A stretch of DNA of 64,000 nucleotides from Salisapilia sapeloensis CBS 127946. Its lineage: Eukaryota > Protista > Oomycota. The stretch spans positions 1 through 64,000 of the forward strand of contig JAADVB010000055.1 in the NCBI GenBank assembly GCA_023334545.1. The letters are read 5' to 3'. Positions 11,301 through 20,340 of the stretch are shown piece after piece. How positions within the stretch are numbered: the first letter of the stretch is position 1; every line of letters begins with the position of its first letter. Under the pieces are notes generated by a model, which saw nothing but the letters and a program-made list of their open reading frames with translations, was not told where the DNA came from and made no database searches. The position numbers were made by a program, and so were the translations under genes.

Positions 11301-13559
11301 CGTCTAGGTCTATCGTTGGATGCAGAATGCCAATACAATGCAGCTCTGGCTCTCCGCAAGTTGACTCCAAACTTTTCAAGCCACCGCGGTATCATCTATG
11401 AAGGTGGCTTAAAGACGTTATTCTTTCTCATTCAGACGAAAGACTTGAACACACGCCGCCAAAGCATTTTGGCGTTGCGCGACCTTGCTTCAAACAATGA
11501 GCACAAGCGTAAGTATGTGGAAGAGGGTGGTATCCCAGCACTTATTATGTTTGTACGGGAGTCAGAGCCATCGTTACAATCTCCCGCAGTCGCAGCTCTT
11601 CGGCATCTTTCGTCTTGCTCTGATCATGCCGATATCAAGGACGAAATGGTGGCAAAAGGGGTCTTACGCCCCCTACTACGTTGTATGTCCAACAGCAGTG
11701 CGCGCAATCTTGACCTTCAAACTCAGTGCGCAGGCCTAGCTGCCAATCTATCCGAATTACTCTCGAACCAACCGAAGATGGTAGTCGAGGGCATTACACC
11801 ACCTCTGGTAGCACTGGTGTCCAATACGGAAAGCACGGAGATCCACCAAGATGTGAGTCGTGCACTGGCGAATCTCTGCTCTAACGAAGATAACCACGCT
11901 CTTGTCTACGCGCATGGTGCACTGCACTGCCTCATCAAACTAACGAACGCAAAGGACGAGGTCACACAGAGGTATGCTGCAATGGGCCTTCGCTTCCTCT
12001 CGGCAAACCCCCAGATCCGAGTGCATATCATTGAGCAGAACCTCCTTCCACCTTTCCTCGCACTCGCACAAAGTCCACTTTTAGACTACCAACGCACTGC
12101 TGCATCCGCCTTCTCTAGTTTCTCACTACACGAAGCGAACAAGCTCAAGCTCGTGCGTGACGGAGGACTGAGCCAAATACTATTGAGCTGTCAATATAAG
12201 GATCTTGAAGTCGTCCGTGACTGCACGTATGCCCTGGCGAACATCGCGGAGTCTGTAGAGCATCAGCCAGATGTTGTTCGTGCTGGGACTATTCCGATTG
12301 TATGCCAAGTGGCTGATGCGAGGCAAGATACACAGGTGCAACGAGACTGCGCTCGACTGTTGTGCTCTCTATCCATGACAGACTCTATTCGTCACGACTT
12401 GCTAGAGCAGCAAGCTTGCCAGACAGTCCTCGGACTAACACGCTCTTTTGATGGAGCGACGCAGCGTTTTGCGACACTGACACTATGCAATATATCCTCT
12501 TCATCAAACACAAAAGACAAGGAGCAGATTGTTGTCACTGAGAACGTCGTCCGTCCTCTCACACACCTCATTCGTTTCCCAGACGCCGAAATCCAGCGAT
12601 ATGCAGCATTGGGACTTGCATCGCTTGCATTAGGAGGGTATGGAAACAGTCGAATCCGTCTCATTGAAGACGGGGCTGTGCCTCCACTCATCGATCTACT
12701 TCGATATCCCACGTGCGATGTTCAGCTCTGTGGCTGTCTAGCGCTTACGTCACTTGCGATGGGTACGGAAGGCACTGTCAAGTCTGCTTGCATGCAGAAT
12801 GGGGTACTGCTACCTATGCTCGCACTACTCTCTTCGTCTGATTTGGACTGCGTTCGATGCGCACTCTATGGCGCTGGTGCCTTGGGTGAACATCGAGACG
12901 TGCTACTTGGACTATTAGACCTTGGGATCTTGCCCCAAGTCGTTGCACTCTGCTATAGGAGCGACATGGAGGTGCGGCGACACTGTGGATACATCCTGGG
13001 TCTTTACGCGGAACAGCAGACGGATTTCCATGACGACTTGAGTCGTGAAGGAGCTTTCGAAGCTTTGATTTCGCTCGCATCGACCGAAGACACGGAATGT
13101 CAGGAGTATGCCACCTTCTCCTTAGCGCACATTGCTTCCAATCGTGAATACCAAGTGCCACTCGTCACGAAAGGAGTCTTGTCTCCTCTTGTCGCTCTGC
13201 TGGAAGCACAAGCAGAACCGAGGCATTATGCTGGTCTTGCGCTCTTGAAACTCGCTGACAACTACGAGACACACGTACGCATTGCCGAAGCTGGAGGCGT
13301 ACAAGCTCTCTTGCGACTGGCTCGTGCTCGTGCGAGTGATGAAGAGCTGCAGTACAAGGCATCTCTGAGTCTCGGTCAGCTTGCAAGCCATGCGACGCAC
13401 ACTTTGAAGAAGATGAACAATGAGGAAGTGGGGGACGGTAAAATAGGCACTGGTGCGACCAAAATGGCACAGCTGACGGAGACGATGGCAGCACGTCGTG
13501 CCAAGGACCAGACTGCCAAGTACATTCAGGAAAAGGTGAATGAAGAGAGTGGTCGGTAG
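2325..13559 (+). CDS. Giant armadillo-repeat protein (Vac8-like annotation class), 3744 aa, single ORF
   Basis: Uninterrupted 11.2-kb ORF made almost entirely of ~41-42 aa ARM repeats (GGLxPL...QRxAAxALxNLA). Short charged C-terminal tail. Confidence 0.92.
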   Translation: MSKVLEQLVARGRRERKPTEQRDVAFSLAEISTTAELHDKMVAKGVVRSLMTLIVKSTDEEALRLSCLCLANIASTATTRVKIVEEAVLPHLIEYIKQPESDAIAIQYMAMVLGNLAAEPENHEEIADKGAIQVLVKLLDPEHIHISTYCAFALSNLAVNNDHRPIIVDEGAIPRLIAVACCRDIGAQKQSLACLRGICISPKNRVVVVKEGILDPLVLMSRSEDAAIQCEVAAAFCTLSANSENKGEIADRALLTIISMSLSGDPAVEEFACSTVANLMEVQELHAKLLKENGLASIMALAVATDLNTRSEACRCIANLAANQAMQPALVKEGVLASLANTLVIDHHVCQRFAALALANLSVTSAYQSEIVGLGTISPLIQLAQAFDRELEARRYAVLAIANLAAMSANHAALLKAGCLLSLFSLASTADRLSQYYVACALANFSSCEDNHARLVEEGGLQPIITLACLDDTDVHHQAVAALRGLAVLETNRIKIVQEGGLEPLVHLLDSDDVDILREVCAALCNLTMSDETKYEIAKSGTVPLLIYHAQSDDKELAKQSCAALANLAELEENQEKICMDGGVQPLISMMRSQFIEVQREAGRALGNLSAFERNHDVIVEHGGHQLLISYLLSPDVGSQRVGSLGICNLATNASMRVLLMENGAMEPLMSLARSEDVELEIQRFAILAIANLATCVDNHAAIVEEGSIPLLISLSGAPDEQVRQYAAFALVKVGLNADLRQLLTEEGGLEPVLFLARTQSKEIHQDVLPAICTLSFADSNKSDICHNGGLPPLVSALANADVTLQRLASCAIANLAEVVENQDKIVESGVVSRLAQVLKNGHVIVQREAARAIGNLAANCDFAALFFREGTVTPLLQLFGSEVIDCQRMAAMALCNLATNIDNVPKMLSQYELLEPILARLEEALDPRSLADNDVIRYALLILANLAVSETTHEVLISKALPLLSGYCKHRDVKCRQFAVFAIGNLCSNPSNIEDIVGADCLPPLVSFAFPGDPNVQFQAVAALRGMSIHQNVRQLIVRQGALEPLILAASSESVEVQREVAATLCNLSLSEENKLTMTRGGCLPPLIALANARDSYRERHAVCALANLAEMVEGHSHKKMLDEGILATLYTLAPTQDLEVKRQVSRCIALFAAKPASQSALLRSNALKHISAFTQEHDDMMCQRFGVLAIGNLAVDEKNHKDLFDEGAVTALMSVEKSTDMETRRSLAFALNNLASNEENNIQISKLGVLRTVISLLKDKDKDTHLQACFALRRMTLEAKNRTQAVSFGALPSLFKLATSENIEVQREVAAALRNISLSEDNKVFMVLNGALTPLVTLLHSGDTETSHQACGVLANLAEVVENQGRMVKEGILQHLKFVLRGNNPDITREALRAVANMSAEYAYLTEIISSGGLGPLLAGLSLPDFLSQRYAAMGIANLTTHSDNITRIAQEGCIPTLIHLARPLAAADLETQRYATFTLTNMASSRAIQPQLIEAEIIPLLVELLGHPDMSLRNAAAFGIANLAAFVENHDLLLQVNISDSSEANVLLDSLLVLVNSQDPKCQYRAVSALRGLCITDRARNAIVRRGGLAPLLKLTASDDMDVQQEVLACLCNISLSGALSACADDVVDACAMGSLVSFLCSADATYRLFGAVTLGNLAGKVEHQQAIVDADAVSPLVELSNRVDLETHRCIALALCNLASNVNRRQLVEELGGIVPIIQLACSDSAEDQQTAVSALRGISDRPESRLKIVTDGGLEPLILGSKSKEINLVREVSLTTYNLSLAEENKIKIATSPLMGAMITLMLSPDPIISKFACASVANLTENRETHNSIAGQRGLHFFVEFQRHASQAESDCLVVAQEAVRCVANLASDYALHDTLLADRAHELILKALLPNVTPEVKLFASIALSNIVSNPETHSRILKESVIPCLVELMNDIGTPSVRKFALLASGSLLGDSSSHERFVASGAISALTRGLDSSNEMEIRLNSAFALGKLAMNEAFHERIGEESKYGQPLINLAIDAEKSRHLAAQTQAVSVLRRITRSEINCVKMIELHADNLLESLVYAMQQDCVESQREAVSCLCNLTLPTVNKVPVAKASDGCRRLLLLCISQDIEVARNSCAALANVSEEADSHAYMVDLFAMPVAVKAMRSRHLPVYREAARWTSNLLSSPEFHILLLQEEGLKALLRVAKVEDHECQYSTALSFHKLTSNEAMHPALMENDGVVKTLHALLTVPGMDVRHQAAIALKFLTMNKANKPTLAEDGTLHSLIALLRSDDSTLQCIGAAGIRHLVLYNPVKTSFVQEGGLAPIFACCHKEDDSIRVQCAGAIANLSENVPNQIEIVKAGGLDALVALTNASYHSEIAQHTSRSFANLSANGENQMGVFALAELRAIFTLASVAVSRNEELCGRDAAMCIGNLAISTKAQIQIVEYGGLSPLTQLLQSPYESCRQYAARAMYRVSANSENQLRIVDAGALVPLASLLKEWSDPETQRYAAMAVCNLSSNAANEHSVMKAGAMQPLIELLRSPRSDCAKYACMALCNLTQHPVNQMQLASYDDGIDALVDLAESTNTDCCRNASMTLANTSAHRMNRIVVVERRALRPLRALCFSPNLECQRSAALAIYNVSCAQANQVAIIEAGMEAALVRLAGSNDGDCKRYAVMTMCNLAANVETRQAAARGGGLQALILASKDDDVTIRRYACIALCNLACDTLLQAQIVVHGGLAPILSMAESRLDLEEADGDTSAEADVESQRFGMMALSNMAVNESNHEPMLRRDVLQVALRLSRSEDEDCRQYAAFALANFAGNPDHCDFIGEQGGLTALISLAHSEDANSHTLAISAIRRMCQFSPPNRGRIVRGGGLIPLTIAGYSEELETQREVAATFCNLSLSDEFRVEIVTQGALRPLLSLAQSPDLEVSRQACGALANLAEHVDTHEQFVQEKSGNCFIALLKHQSIDIHREASRIIANLLSSFQNHIEVIAEGLPGLIRLGLSLDAECQYNAALALRKLTPNFSSHRGIIYEGGLKTLFFLIQTKDLNTRRQSILALRDLASNNEHKRKYVEEGGIPALIMFVRESEPSLQSPAVAALRHLSSCSDHADIKDEMVAKGVLRPLLRCMSNSSARNLDLQTQCAGLAANLSELLSNQPKMVVEGITPPLVALVSNTESTEIHQDVSRALANLCSNEDNHALVYAHGALHCLIKLTNAKDEVTQRYAAMGLRFLSANPQIRVHIIEQNLLPPFLALAQSPLLDYQRTAASAFSSFSLHEANKLKLVRDGGLSQILLSCQYKDLEVVRDCTYALANIAESVEHQPDVVRAGTIPIVCQVADARQDTQVQRDCARLLCSLSMTDSIRHDLLEQQACQTVLGLTRSFDGATQRFATLTLCNISSSSNTKDKEQIVVTENVVRPLTHLIRFPDAEIQRYAALGLASLALGGYGNSRIRLIEDGAVPPLIDLLRYPTCDVQLCGCLALTSLAMGTEGTVKSACMQNGVLLPMLALLSSSDLDCVRCALYGAGALGEHRDVLLGLLDLGILPQVVALCYRSDMEVRRHCGYILGLYAEQQTDFHDDLSREGAFEALISLASTEDTECQEYATFSLAHIASNREYQVPLVTKGVLSPLVALLEAQAEPRHYAGLALLKLADNYETHVRIAEAGGVQALLRLARARASDEELQYKASLSLGQLASHATHTLKKMNNEEVGDGKIGTGATKMAQLTETMAARRAKDQTAKYIQEKVNEESGR

Positions 13560-13621
13560 GATAGTAAAAGAAGGAAAGCTCACGTGATTCAATTCGTGTT
13601 CATCCTCGTTTGACGGAGTAC

Positions 13622-14611
13622 TTACCACGTCGTCCACTTCTCTAGAATGTATGGCGTAAAGTACGTGATGAGCAACGTCGCTCCAGCTCGAAGCAGGCCG
13701 ACATGCGCCTCTTTCACCACACTTTCGAACGACCCGGTGCTGTCGCCATAGTCCTTGATCATCTTGTACTCGCCCGAAACTAAGTAGCACACCACTGGTA
13801 CATTTCCCTTCTCGGCGAATCGGTGCACCATATCTCCGTAGAAGAGCGAAGGCTTGACGATGACGCTGTCGGCGCCTTGAGCCAAATCACGCTCCAACGC
13901 CTGCATGCCGTGAGTCGTGCTACCGACCGGATGTTGGTATCTCTTACGGTCTCCCTTGAAAGTGGACTCGACGGCGTCACGGAACGGAGCGTACATGCAG
14001 CTCGCCTTCTTGGAGGTGTATGCCATGACGGATACGTGGTTGAAGTTTCCTTCGTCGAGCGCCTTGCGGATAGCTCCTATACGTCCATCCATCATGTCCG
14101 AAGGACACATCATGTGGGCACCAGCCTTGGCGTAGCAAATGCAGGCGCTCACAAGACGTTCGACGCTGCGAGCATTGTCAATGACAAGCTCACCCTCCAC
14201 GTCTCTCAACACACCACAGTGGCCGTGGTCTGTGTATTCACACAGACACGCGTCGCAGGCAATTAGAAGGTCCGGACAGCCACGACGCAGTGCACGGATG
14301 CACTCGACCACAGGCGTATCATCGGCATCAGCAAGACTACCAACGGCATCCTTTTGCTCCACTACACCGAACAACATGACAGATCGCAATCCTTTGGTCT
14401 GCAGCTCCGTCAAGTGCTCGATGAGCGTCTTGAACGATCCATCGGTGCCTCGTCCCCACTGCATGTTGGGTTCCAGTCCTTTGATGAGCTTGTCTTCATT
14501 GCGACTCGTCACGAAGAGAGGGTACATCAACTGGGAGCAGTGGATGTGAGGTTCACTCCAGTCTCGTTGCGCTGGATGATGCAGACTTCCATGTAGCGTT
14601 CGGTTGCTCAT
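13622..14611 (-). CDS. HEM2: Delta-aminolevulinic acid dehydratase (porphobilinogen synthase), Zn-type
   Basis: DACLCEYTDHGHCG Cys Zn site, PSDMMDGRIGAIR, MAYTSKKASCMYAPFRDA and VIVKPS (Schiff-base Lys). Start taken at MSNRTLHG (14611). Confidence 0.95.
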   Translation of the reverse strand: MSNRTLHGSLHHPAQRDWSEPHIHCSQLMYPLFVTSRNEDKLIKGLEPNMQWGRGTDGSFKTLIEHLTELQTKGLRSVMLFGVVEQKDAVGSLADADDTPVVECIRALRRGCPDLLIACDACLCEYTDHGHCGVLRDVEGELVIDNARSVERLVSACICYAKAGAHMMCPSDMMDGRIGAIRKALDEGNFNHVSVMAYTSKKASCMYAPFRDAVESTFKGDRKRYQHPVGSTTHGMQALERDLAQGADSVIVKPSLFYGDMVHRFAEKGNVPVVCYLVSGEYKMIKDYGDSTGSFESVVKEAHVGLLRAGATLLITYFTPYILEKWTTW

Positions 14612-14683
14612 ACTTGTTCGAGCTTTTGGATTGTGACTTGCATGCATACGCGTGTCTTTTCCTGCCAATCACAATGGACCGAA

Positions 14684-16378
14684 ATGAATTTCGACGAATC
14701 AGAAAGCCTTCCCATGACATCCAAAGAAACAACGAACGAGATTATGACCACGGAGGAGCAGATCGTAGCGAAAGGTGAAGAGATCCGTGCTTTGAAGGCG
14801 CTCAAGGATGCGTCGAAAGCAGAGGAGATCCAAATATGCGTCCAGGAGCTACTGGCGTTAAAGAAGCAGTACAAGGAAGAGACTGGAAAGGAGTATGATC
14901 CACCAAAGCAGAGCAAGTCGAAATCCAAACCGAAAAAGGAAGGTCAAGAGGACGCCCCTGCAGAAGGAGGCAAGTCTAAGAACCAGTTGAAGAAGGAAAA
15001 GAAGGCTGCGATGGCTAAAGCCAAGAAGGAGGGTGGCAAGACTCAGCAGAAAGCCAAGAAGAAGTCAGCACCGCAGACTTCGGAGAGCAGTAAGCCTTCT
15101 GACAGTGCCTCTGTGCCCTCGTCCGAAGACTTGCTCCGCCGGCAAATGAGCTTCCAGCAGCAGGCTGACGGTGGTGGACAAGTTGTGACTCCGTGGGAAG
15201 TGGAGGCCGAGAATGGCGTCGACTACGATAAGCTTATTGACCAATTTGGGTGCTCTAAAATCTCCCCGGAGATGATCGAGCGGATGGAACGGCTGACTGG
15301 TCAAAAGGCTCACCGATACCTCCGTCGAGGCTACTTCTTCTCGCACCGTGACTTTGATTTGCTATTGGATGCGTACGAGAAGGGCGAAAAGTTCTTCCTC
15401 TACACTGGTCGTGGTCCTTCCTCTGGCAGTCTCCACATGGGGCATCTCATCCCATTTACGTTCACGGCGTGGCTGCAAAAGGTATTCGACGTGCCTCTCG
15501 TCATCCAGCTAACAGACGACGAAAAGTTCTTGTTCAAGGACCAGACGTTGGAAGCCAGTCGTGAGATGATGCTGGAGAACGCCAAGGACATCATTGCCTG
15601 TGGCTTTGATCTCAAGAAGACTTTCATCTTTGCGAACACCGAGTACATGGGTACCATGTACAAGCAAGTGCTGCAGGTGCAAAAGTGTGTCACGTACAAC
15701 CAATCACGTGGCATCTTTGGGTTCACCGGGTCGGACAACATTGGAAAGTCCGCATTCCCCGCGATCCAGGCCGTGCCTTCATTCTCGGAGACATTCCCTG
15801 TCCCGCTGAAGGGGCTGAAGCAGCTGCGATGCCTCATCCCTCAAGCCATCGACCAGGACCCGTACTTCCGTATGACGCGTGACGTTGCGCCCCGTATCGG
15901 GTACGCCAAGCCAGCGCTCCTTCACTCCAAGTTCTTCCCAGCTCTCCAGGGCAACTCTGGTAAGATGAGTGCGAGTGCTACTAACACGACTATCTTCATC
16001 TCGGACACGCCAGAGGAAATTGAGACTAAGATCAAGAAGTACGCTGTCAGGTATGTCTCTTATCTATACATTTCCATATCATTTTCTAACGTTTACATGG
16101 ATAGTGGTGGTGGGGAGACACGTGCCGAGCATGAAAAGTACGGAGCGAATCTGGAAGCGGATGTGGCGTTTAACTACCTCTCTTTCATGATGGAGGACGA
16201 CGAGAAGCTCGCCCACATTGCTGAGGAGTATGGCAATGGACGTATGATGTCTGGGGAGGTGAAGCAGATCCTCGTGGACATTATGATTGAGTTTGCGCAG
16301 GATATCCAGAAGCGTCGCTCTGAGATCACGGCGGATCATGTTCGAGCGTATATGGAAGTGCGACCTCTGGAGTTCTAG
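14684..16378 (+). CDS. WARS1: Cytosolic tryptophanyl-tRNA synthetase with N-terminal WHEP domain
   Basis: YTGRGPSSGSLHMGH (HIGH motif), QLTDDEKFL, IPQAIDQDPYFR and KMSAS. A 54-nt in-frame GT-AG intron at 16051-16104 restores KYAVSGG. Start uncertain (14684, 14714 or 14744). Confidence 0.95.
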   Translation: MNFDESESLPMTSKETTNEIMTTEEQIVAKGEEIRALKALKDASKAEEIQICVQELLALKKQYKEETGKEYDPPKQSKSKSKPKKEGQEDAPAEGGKSKNQLKKEKKAAMAKAKKEGGKTQQKAKKKSAPQTSESSKPSDSASVPSSEDLLRRQMSFQQQADGGGQVVTPWEVEAENGVDYDKLIDQFGCSKISPEMIERMERLTGQKAHRYLRRGYFFSHRDFDLLLDAYEKGEKFFLYTGRGPSSGSLHMGHLIPFTFTAWLQKVFDVPLVIQLTDDEKFLFKDQTLEASREMMLENAKDIIACGFDLKKTFIFANTEYMGTMYKQVLQVQKCVTYNQSRGIFGFTGSDNIGKSAFPAIQAVPSFSETFPVPLKGLKQLRCLIPQAIDQDPYFRMTRDVAPRIGYAKPALLHSKFFPALQGNSGKMSASATNTTIFISDTPEEIETKIKKYAVRYVSYLYISISFSNVYMDSGGGETRAEHEKYGANLEADVAFNYLSFMMEDDEKLAHIAEEYGNGRMMSGEVKQILVDIMIEFAQDIQKRRSEITADHVRAYMEVRPLEF

Positions 16379-16615
16379 ACCTCCGTTTCGAAAGTAGACA
16401 TGAAGAATAAAGTTCATTCGTTCATGGAAGTGACAAGTTGGTGGTTGGTGGTAGAATCGATTGGATTATGCGTCTCTTGGTGCGATCATATCTTCAGCTA
16501 ATGTCACTCTTCGACGTCTGTGTGCGATGCCTATGCTACTGTCCTGCGAATCGAGTTTAAACGTCGATGCAGCTCTACCATTCGACTACTGTACAAGCAA
16601 GCTTGATACGAGAAT

Positions 16616-19203
16616 TTAACGGTGTCCATCTCTAGGCTCGCAGCTGTCCATCGAGATGGAGGCTAACAGCGGGAGGCCATTCATGAGTTGATGATAGAGG
16701 TCCAGCCATGCTTGAACGACCTGCATTACTCAAACGTTTTACATCGAACGAAACGTGGAGATAATAGATAGTTATAATACCTGGTCCATTTTGAAGGAGT
16801 TGCCGATAACACGTTCAGGGATGATCGGGTCAGCAATGGAAGGGATCATAACGACACGCTGGTGCGTCTGGAATCGCATGGAGTCGAGAGGAAAGTATTC
16901 TCTGTTGGTAGTAAGAGTATAATGAATAATTTCAAAACGATGACGATACACACAACGTACCCTCCGTCCAAGATGGAGATGCCAAAATGCTGATAATCAA
17001 AAGTAGCGTATGTTTCCAAGAACAGCATCAGCAAGTAGCCGAGACTAGCTTGGAAATGAGCATGATGCTCTCTCACAAATACATAGACCTCATGGTTTCC
17101 GTGCTTTGGTGCAACGTCAACGGATCCGGAAGAGCTCTGGTGCTGGCTACTCGTCTCTCCACAAGATATTTCGCTCGAGGCTTTATCTGACATTGTATCT
17201 TCATCTGCAGACAAGTGGTAGTGTCGATCTCCAAAGGCCTGTAGACAGAAGCATAGGTTTAGATAAACCCAGTAGACATATAAATTAAGGTATGTCATAC
17301 CTGTAGGAAACGAATGATCATGAGCACGAGACAGTAGGAAGATAGGCCTCCAGTGTAGCTATTGTTTAGTCCTATACGTGCGAAGTCAGTCGTTTTGGAC
17401 GTAGCTTGTATAACTGGTAGGCTAGATACCGCAGTTGTGAAGATGTTGCTTGAGGATCAGTGCTAGTGGTCGTAGAGCAGGCATGGATTTGACATACATC
17501 CGAACGAGTTCTCTCGCTTGTAAACCAGAGTGTCCAGACGTATTGCTACAAGTGACATCTAGCAGCACTTCCGACGTGCCGAAACGATCATCATCTTGGC
17601 TGGAGAAAACGATTTTAGCAACAGGAATCTTCGCACCAGCTAGCAAAGTCACTCGTTTCACCTGCGCATGACCACAGACCTGGTCACGCAGAGCTCGAAG
17701 CAAACCCACCGGACTCGCGTCATCGATGCTTTCTCCCATTACCACACAGTCGATGTCACTCTGAGGCAACGACAGCTTGGTATACTCGGAGCCGTAGATC
17801 TGAATTGTCGCATCAGACCAAATCTCACCAACAGATTTCTGGAGAAACTGGATGGCTTCGTCATGGTTAGCTTGGTCCATGGCTACTTGAACATCTATCT
17901 GCCGAAGAAGGACATTCGCTTCTGTAGAAAGGTCGCTACAGTCCACATATGTTTAAGCACATCAAAATGTAGAAGAGAGTATTCTAAATGCGTTACCGAT
18001 AGAAATGGTCAGTTGAATCGAATTGCTGCCATCGTTCAATGCGCTCCATCTCTGGGCTTTTCATGACGCTGTCATTTTCTGTCGGTATGACCACTTGTCG
18101 GGTCGGTTCTATCCGTGAACTAACTGGTGGAGACTTGTACCCTCTGCCACTGCGTCTACAATGTACGTCTCCAGCATTGGCAAAGCGGTAGGTATTCTCC
18201 TTGTTTACAGCATCTTCATTCCGATCATCGCTATGACGAAGTGTTTGATTGCCGAAGCGGTGCAGAGTAGCTGGCCGAGGCATTTGTTGGCTAATAGTAT
18301 TCTGGCGTCGATGTGGAGGTGTCAGGAATGGCTGGCGACGCGAATCAGAGAAGCGAGCGTTATCGCGCATTCCAGTGTTATCATATCGGAAGCGACCTCG
18401 ATCGTGCCCATGAGTGTTATGATGCGCTCGAGACACTGGTTGATAGGACTGGCGTAGTGGAGACTGGATCTCCATGGCATATGTAGACACCCTTGCCGTT
18501 TGCGGTGGGTACACTGGCTGTACAGGCCGTAAGGTTGTCACGGAAGAGTGGTCATCACTTCCGCTGGAAACCTCCCTACAGTAGAAAATGCATATTAGAA
18601 CTGTATTTGCCAAAGTAGAGAAGCTGACGGACATAAAGTAGAGCTTTCCAGGTGAAGCAACGATCTGGTGTGGAGTAGAAGCGCGTGCTTGATTCATAAA
18701 TCGGTTGCCATGCCGGTTGGCATTCATTTGCATATGATTAAAGTTGTTCTCCAGAATGTCCACATCCCGGTTTCTGTAGTAGTAATTTCGTCGTCTACAT
18801 GAACGATGAGTACCATCTTGTTCTCGGAACGCTAGTCAAGTAGATGTATGGAGTACCGATTGGTCTTGTAAAAGTTCCGGTAATTCGTGGCATTCGGATC
18901 GTGTGAAAACTTGCAATTCTCGCCGTAGGAGCAGACGCCATTGCGTGCGAATTGGAGACAAGCGAATTGTAGCTTCTCACGTCGCCGTCGGTGGCATACG
19001 GCGCTACTGCGACTGTCATCAGACGTACTGGATGGTGGAGGATACGATTCCAAAGTATCACTTCCGTTGGTACTTGCTTTGTCTTCCAATGATACGTCTG
19101 CACTGGAAGGGGAGCTCGACCGCTCTTTCGACGAGCTATCACGAGCGACATCGCTTCGGCGGTGTTCCTTTGGACGCAACGCTCTTTCACTATCTGAATC
19201 CAT
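16616..19203 (-). CDS. TRF4/TENT4-like non-canonical poly(A) polymerase with N-terminal CCCH zinc finger (spliced)
   Basis: IYGSEYTKLSLPQSDIDCVV (GS..DxD motif), spliced GLNNSYTGGLSSYCLVLMIIRFLQ, LGYLLMLFLETYATFDYQHFGISI and IADPIIPERVIGNSF (PAP-associated). Upstream CLQFARNGVCSYGENCKFSH is a C-x8-C-x5-C-x3-H finger. Start codon and linkage of the finger exon are inferred. Confidence 0.75.
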
Positions 19204-19599
19204 GCTGGCACGCCCACCTAGCTTTATGATGGTTTCCTCACAACTAGCTGCACCAGAGCAATCAGTTTGCGCACCAAACGCCTTTAGCTCGATCACTTAT
19301 CAGCAAAACTTCGTTTGTGAGTTCTAGTTGACAGTCTTTCTCTTTCATACACTTTGCCTACTGAAATCTACTTTCATTTATTCTATACAAGACACGTAGG
19401 AATTGGTAAATTACAAGTGCATTGATCAAGATGCTCACTCAGTCCTTGGAAGCAAGTCGTCCTGCGCGAGCGTGTATCTTGGAAGAACCCGGCGTCTAAC
19501 CTTTCAAGATATGGTACATGGATGGCACAGCCCTAGGCTTATTTTGGATGTCCCTTATAAAAAATAGCTTTTTATATTTTAAAGTGAGCCAGAGTGATG

Positions 19600-20340
19600 T
19601 TATTTAACTGGAATAATTTCCACTGGTAACCCACGACATCTACAAGATGTGCAGTCGCTTGTATTAGCCTGGAGACGGATTGGTGGTACTTTGGAGCTTC
19701 TGATTAAATCATGGATGTGACCACATGCACTACCTCATCTTGAAAATTTAGGTGAGCACTTAATGAGTTAAATTGGCCAAAGACAAAGATACTTCAGTGT
19801 TAGAATCGCCTCGTATCTTTTAGATACAAGCAAAGATCGCCTCGATCCTTGCATAATTTGATCCATGCAGCACAGATCAAGCCATTCTAAAATTCGAGGC
19901 AAGTGTAAGCGATGAGAGGGGGTTTCCATGCGAACTAGCAGCATAAAATTATAAGTAGAACGATTGAAAGTCAATCTACAAAGAGTCTACACTAGAAGAC
20001 GCCATGATTTCAGTCCTATTGATTTGGTAGATACACGAAGCTTGACATAGCGCCACAACCTTCTGAACATGTAGGGAAATAGAAAGCCAAGCAAGGTGAG
20101 TACCATGGCATTTCGTGTAGAATCTGTCTGTTCACGCTCTTCAGAGCATGGTCATTTGCATTTCGTCGTAGACCGGAGAACGTCATCGCATAGTCATTGC
20201 TACGCATCAGAAGAGAAACCGTCGCTATCTTCGTCAGTGATGTTCCGTGACCAGATATGAAGGCTACTCCGAACTCTACCAAGCCCGGATGCACCACCCA
20301 TTCAGCCTCCTTACTTGGAACTGCTATGCTAAACAGCAAA
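19600..20340 (-). other. Possible small multi-exon gene of unknown function
   Basis: Protein-like short open segments flanked by GT/AG sites (VPSKEAEWVVHPGLVEFGVAFISGHG..; SACGHIHDL..CTSCRCRGLPVEIIP). I could not build a consistent exon chain. Confidence 0.25.

Noticed and set aside
2325-13559. Gene symbol VAC8
   Set aside because: Several times longer than Vac8, with no N-terminal acylation motif; orthology cannot be shown from ARM similarity.
2243-13790. Many minus-strand ORFs of 60-220 aa over the ARM gene
   Set aside because: Antisense shadows of a long coding frame with no recognisable motifs.
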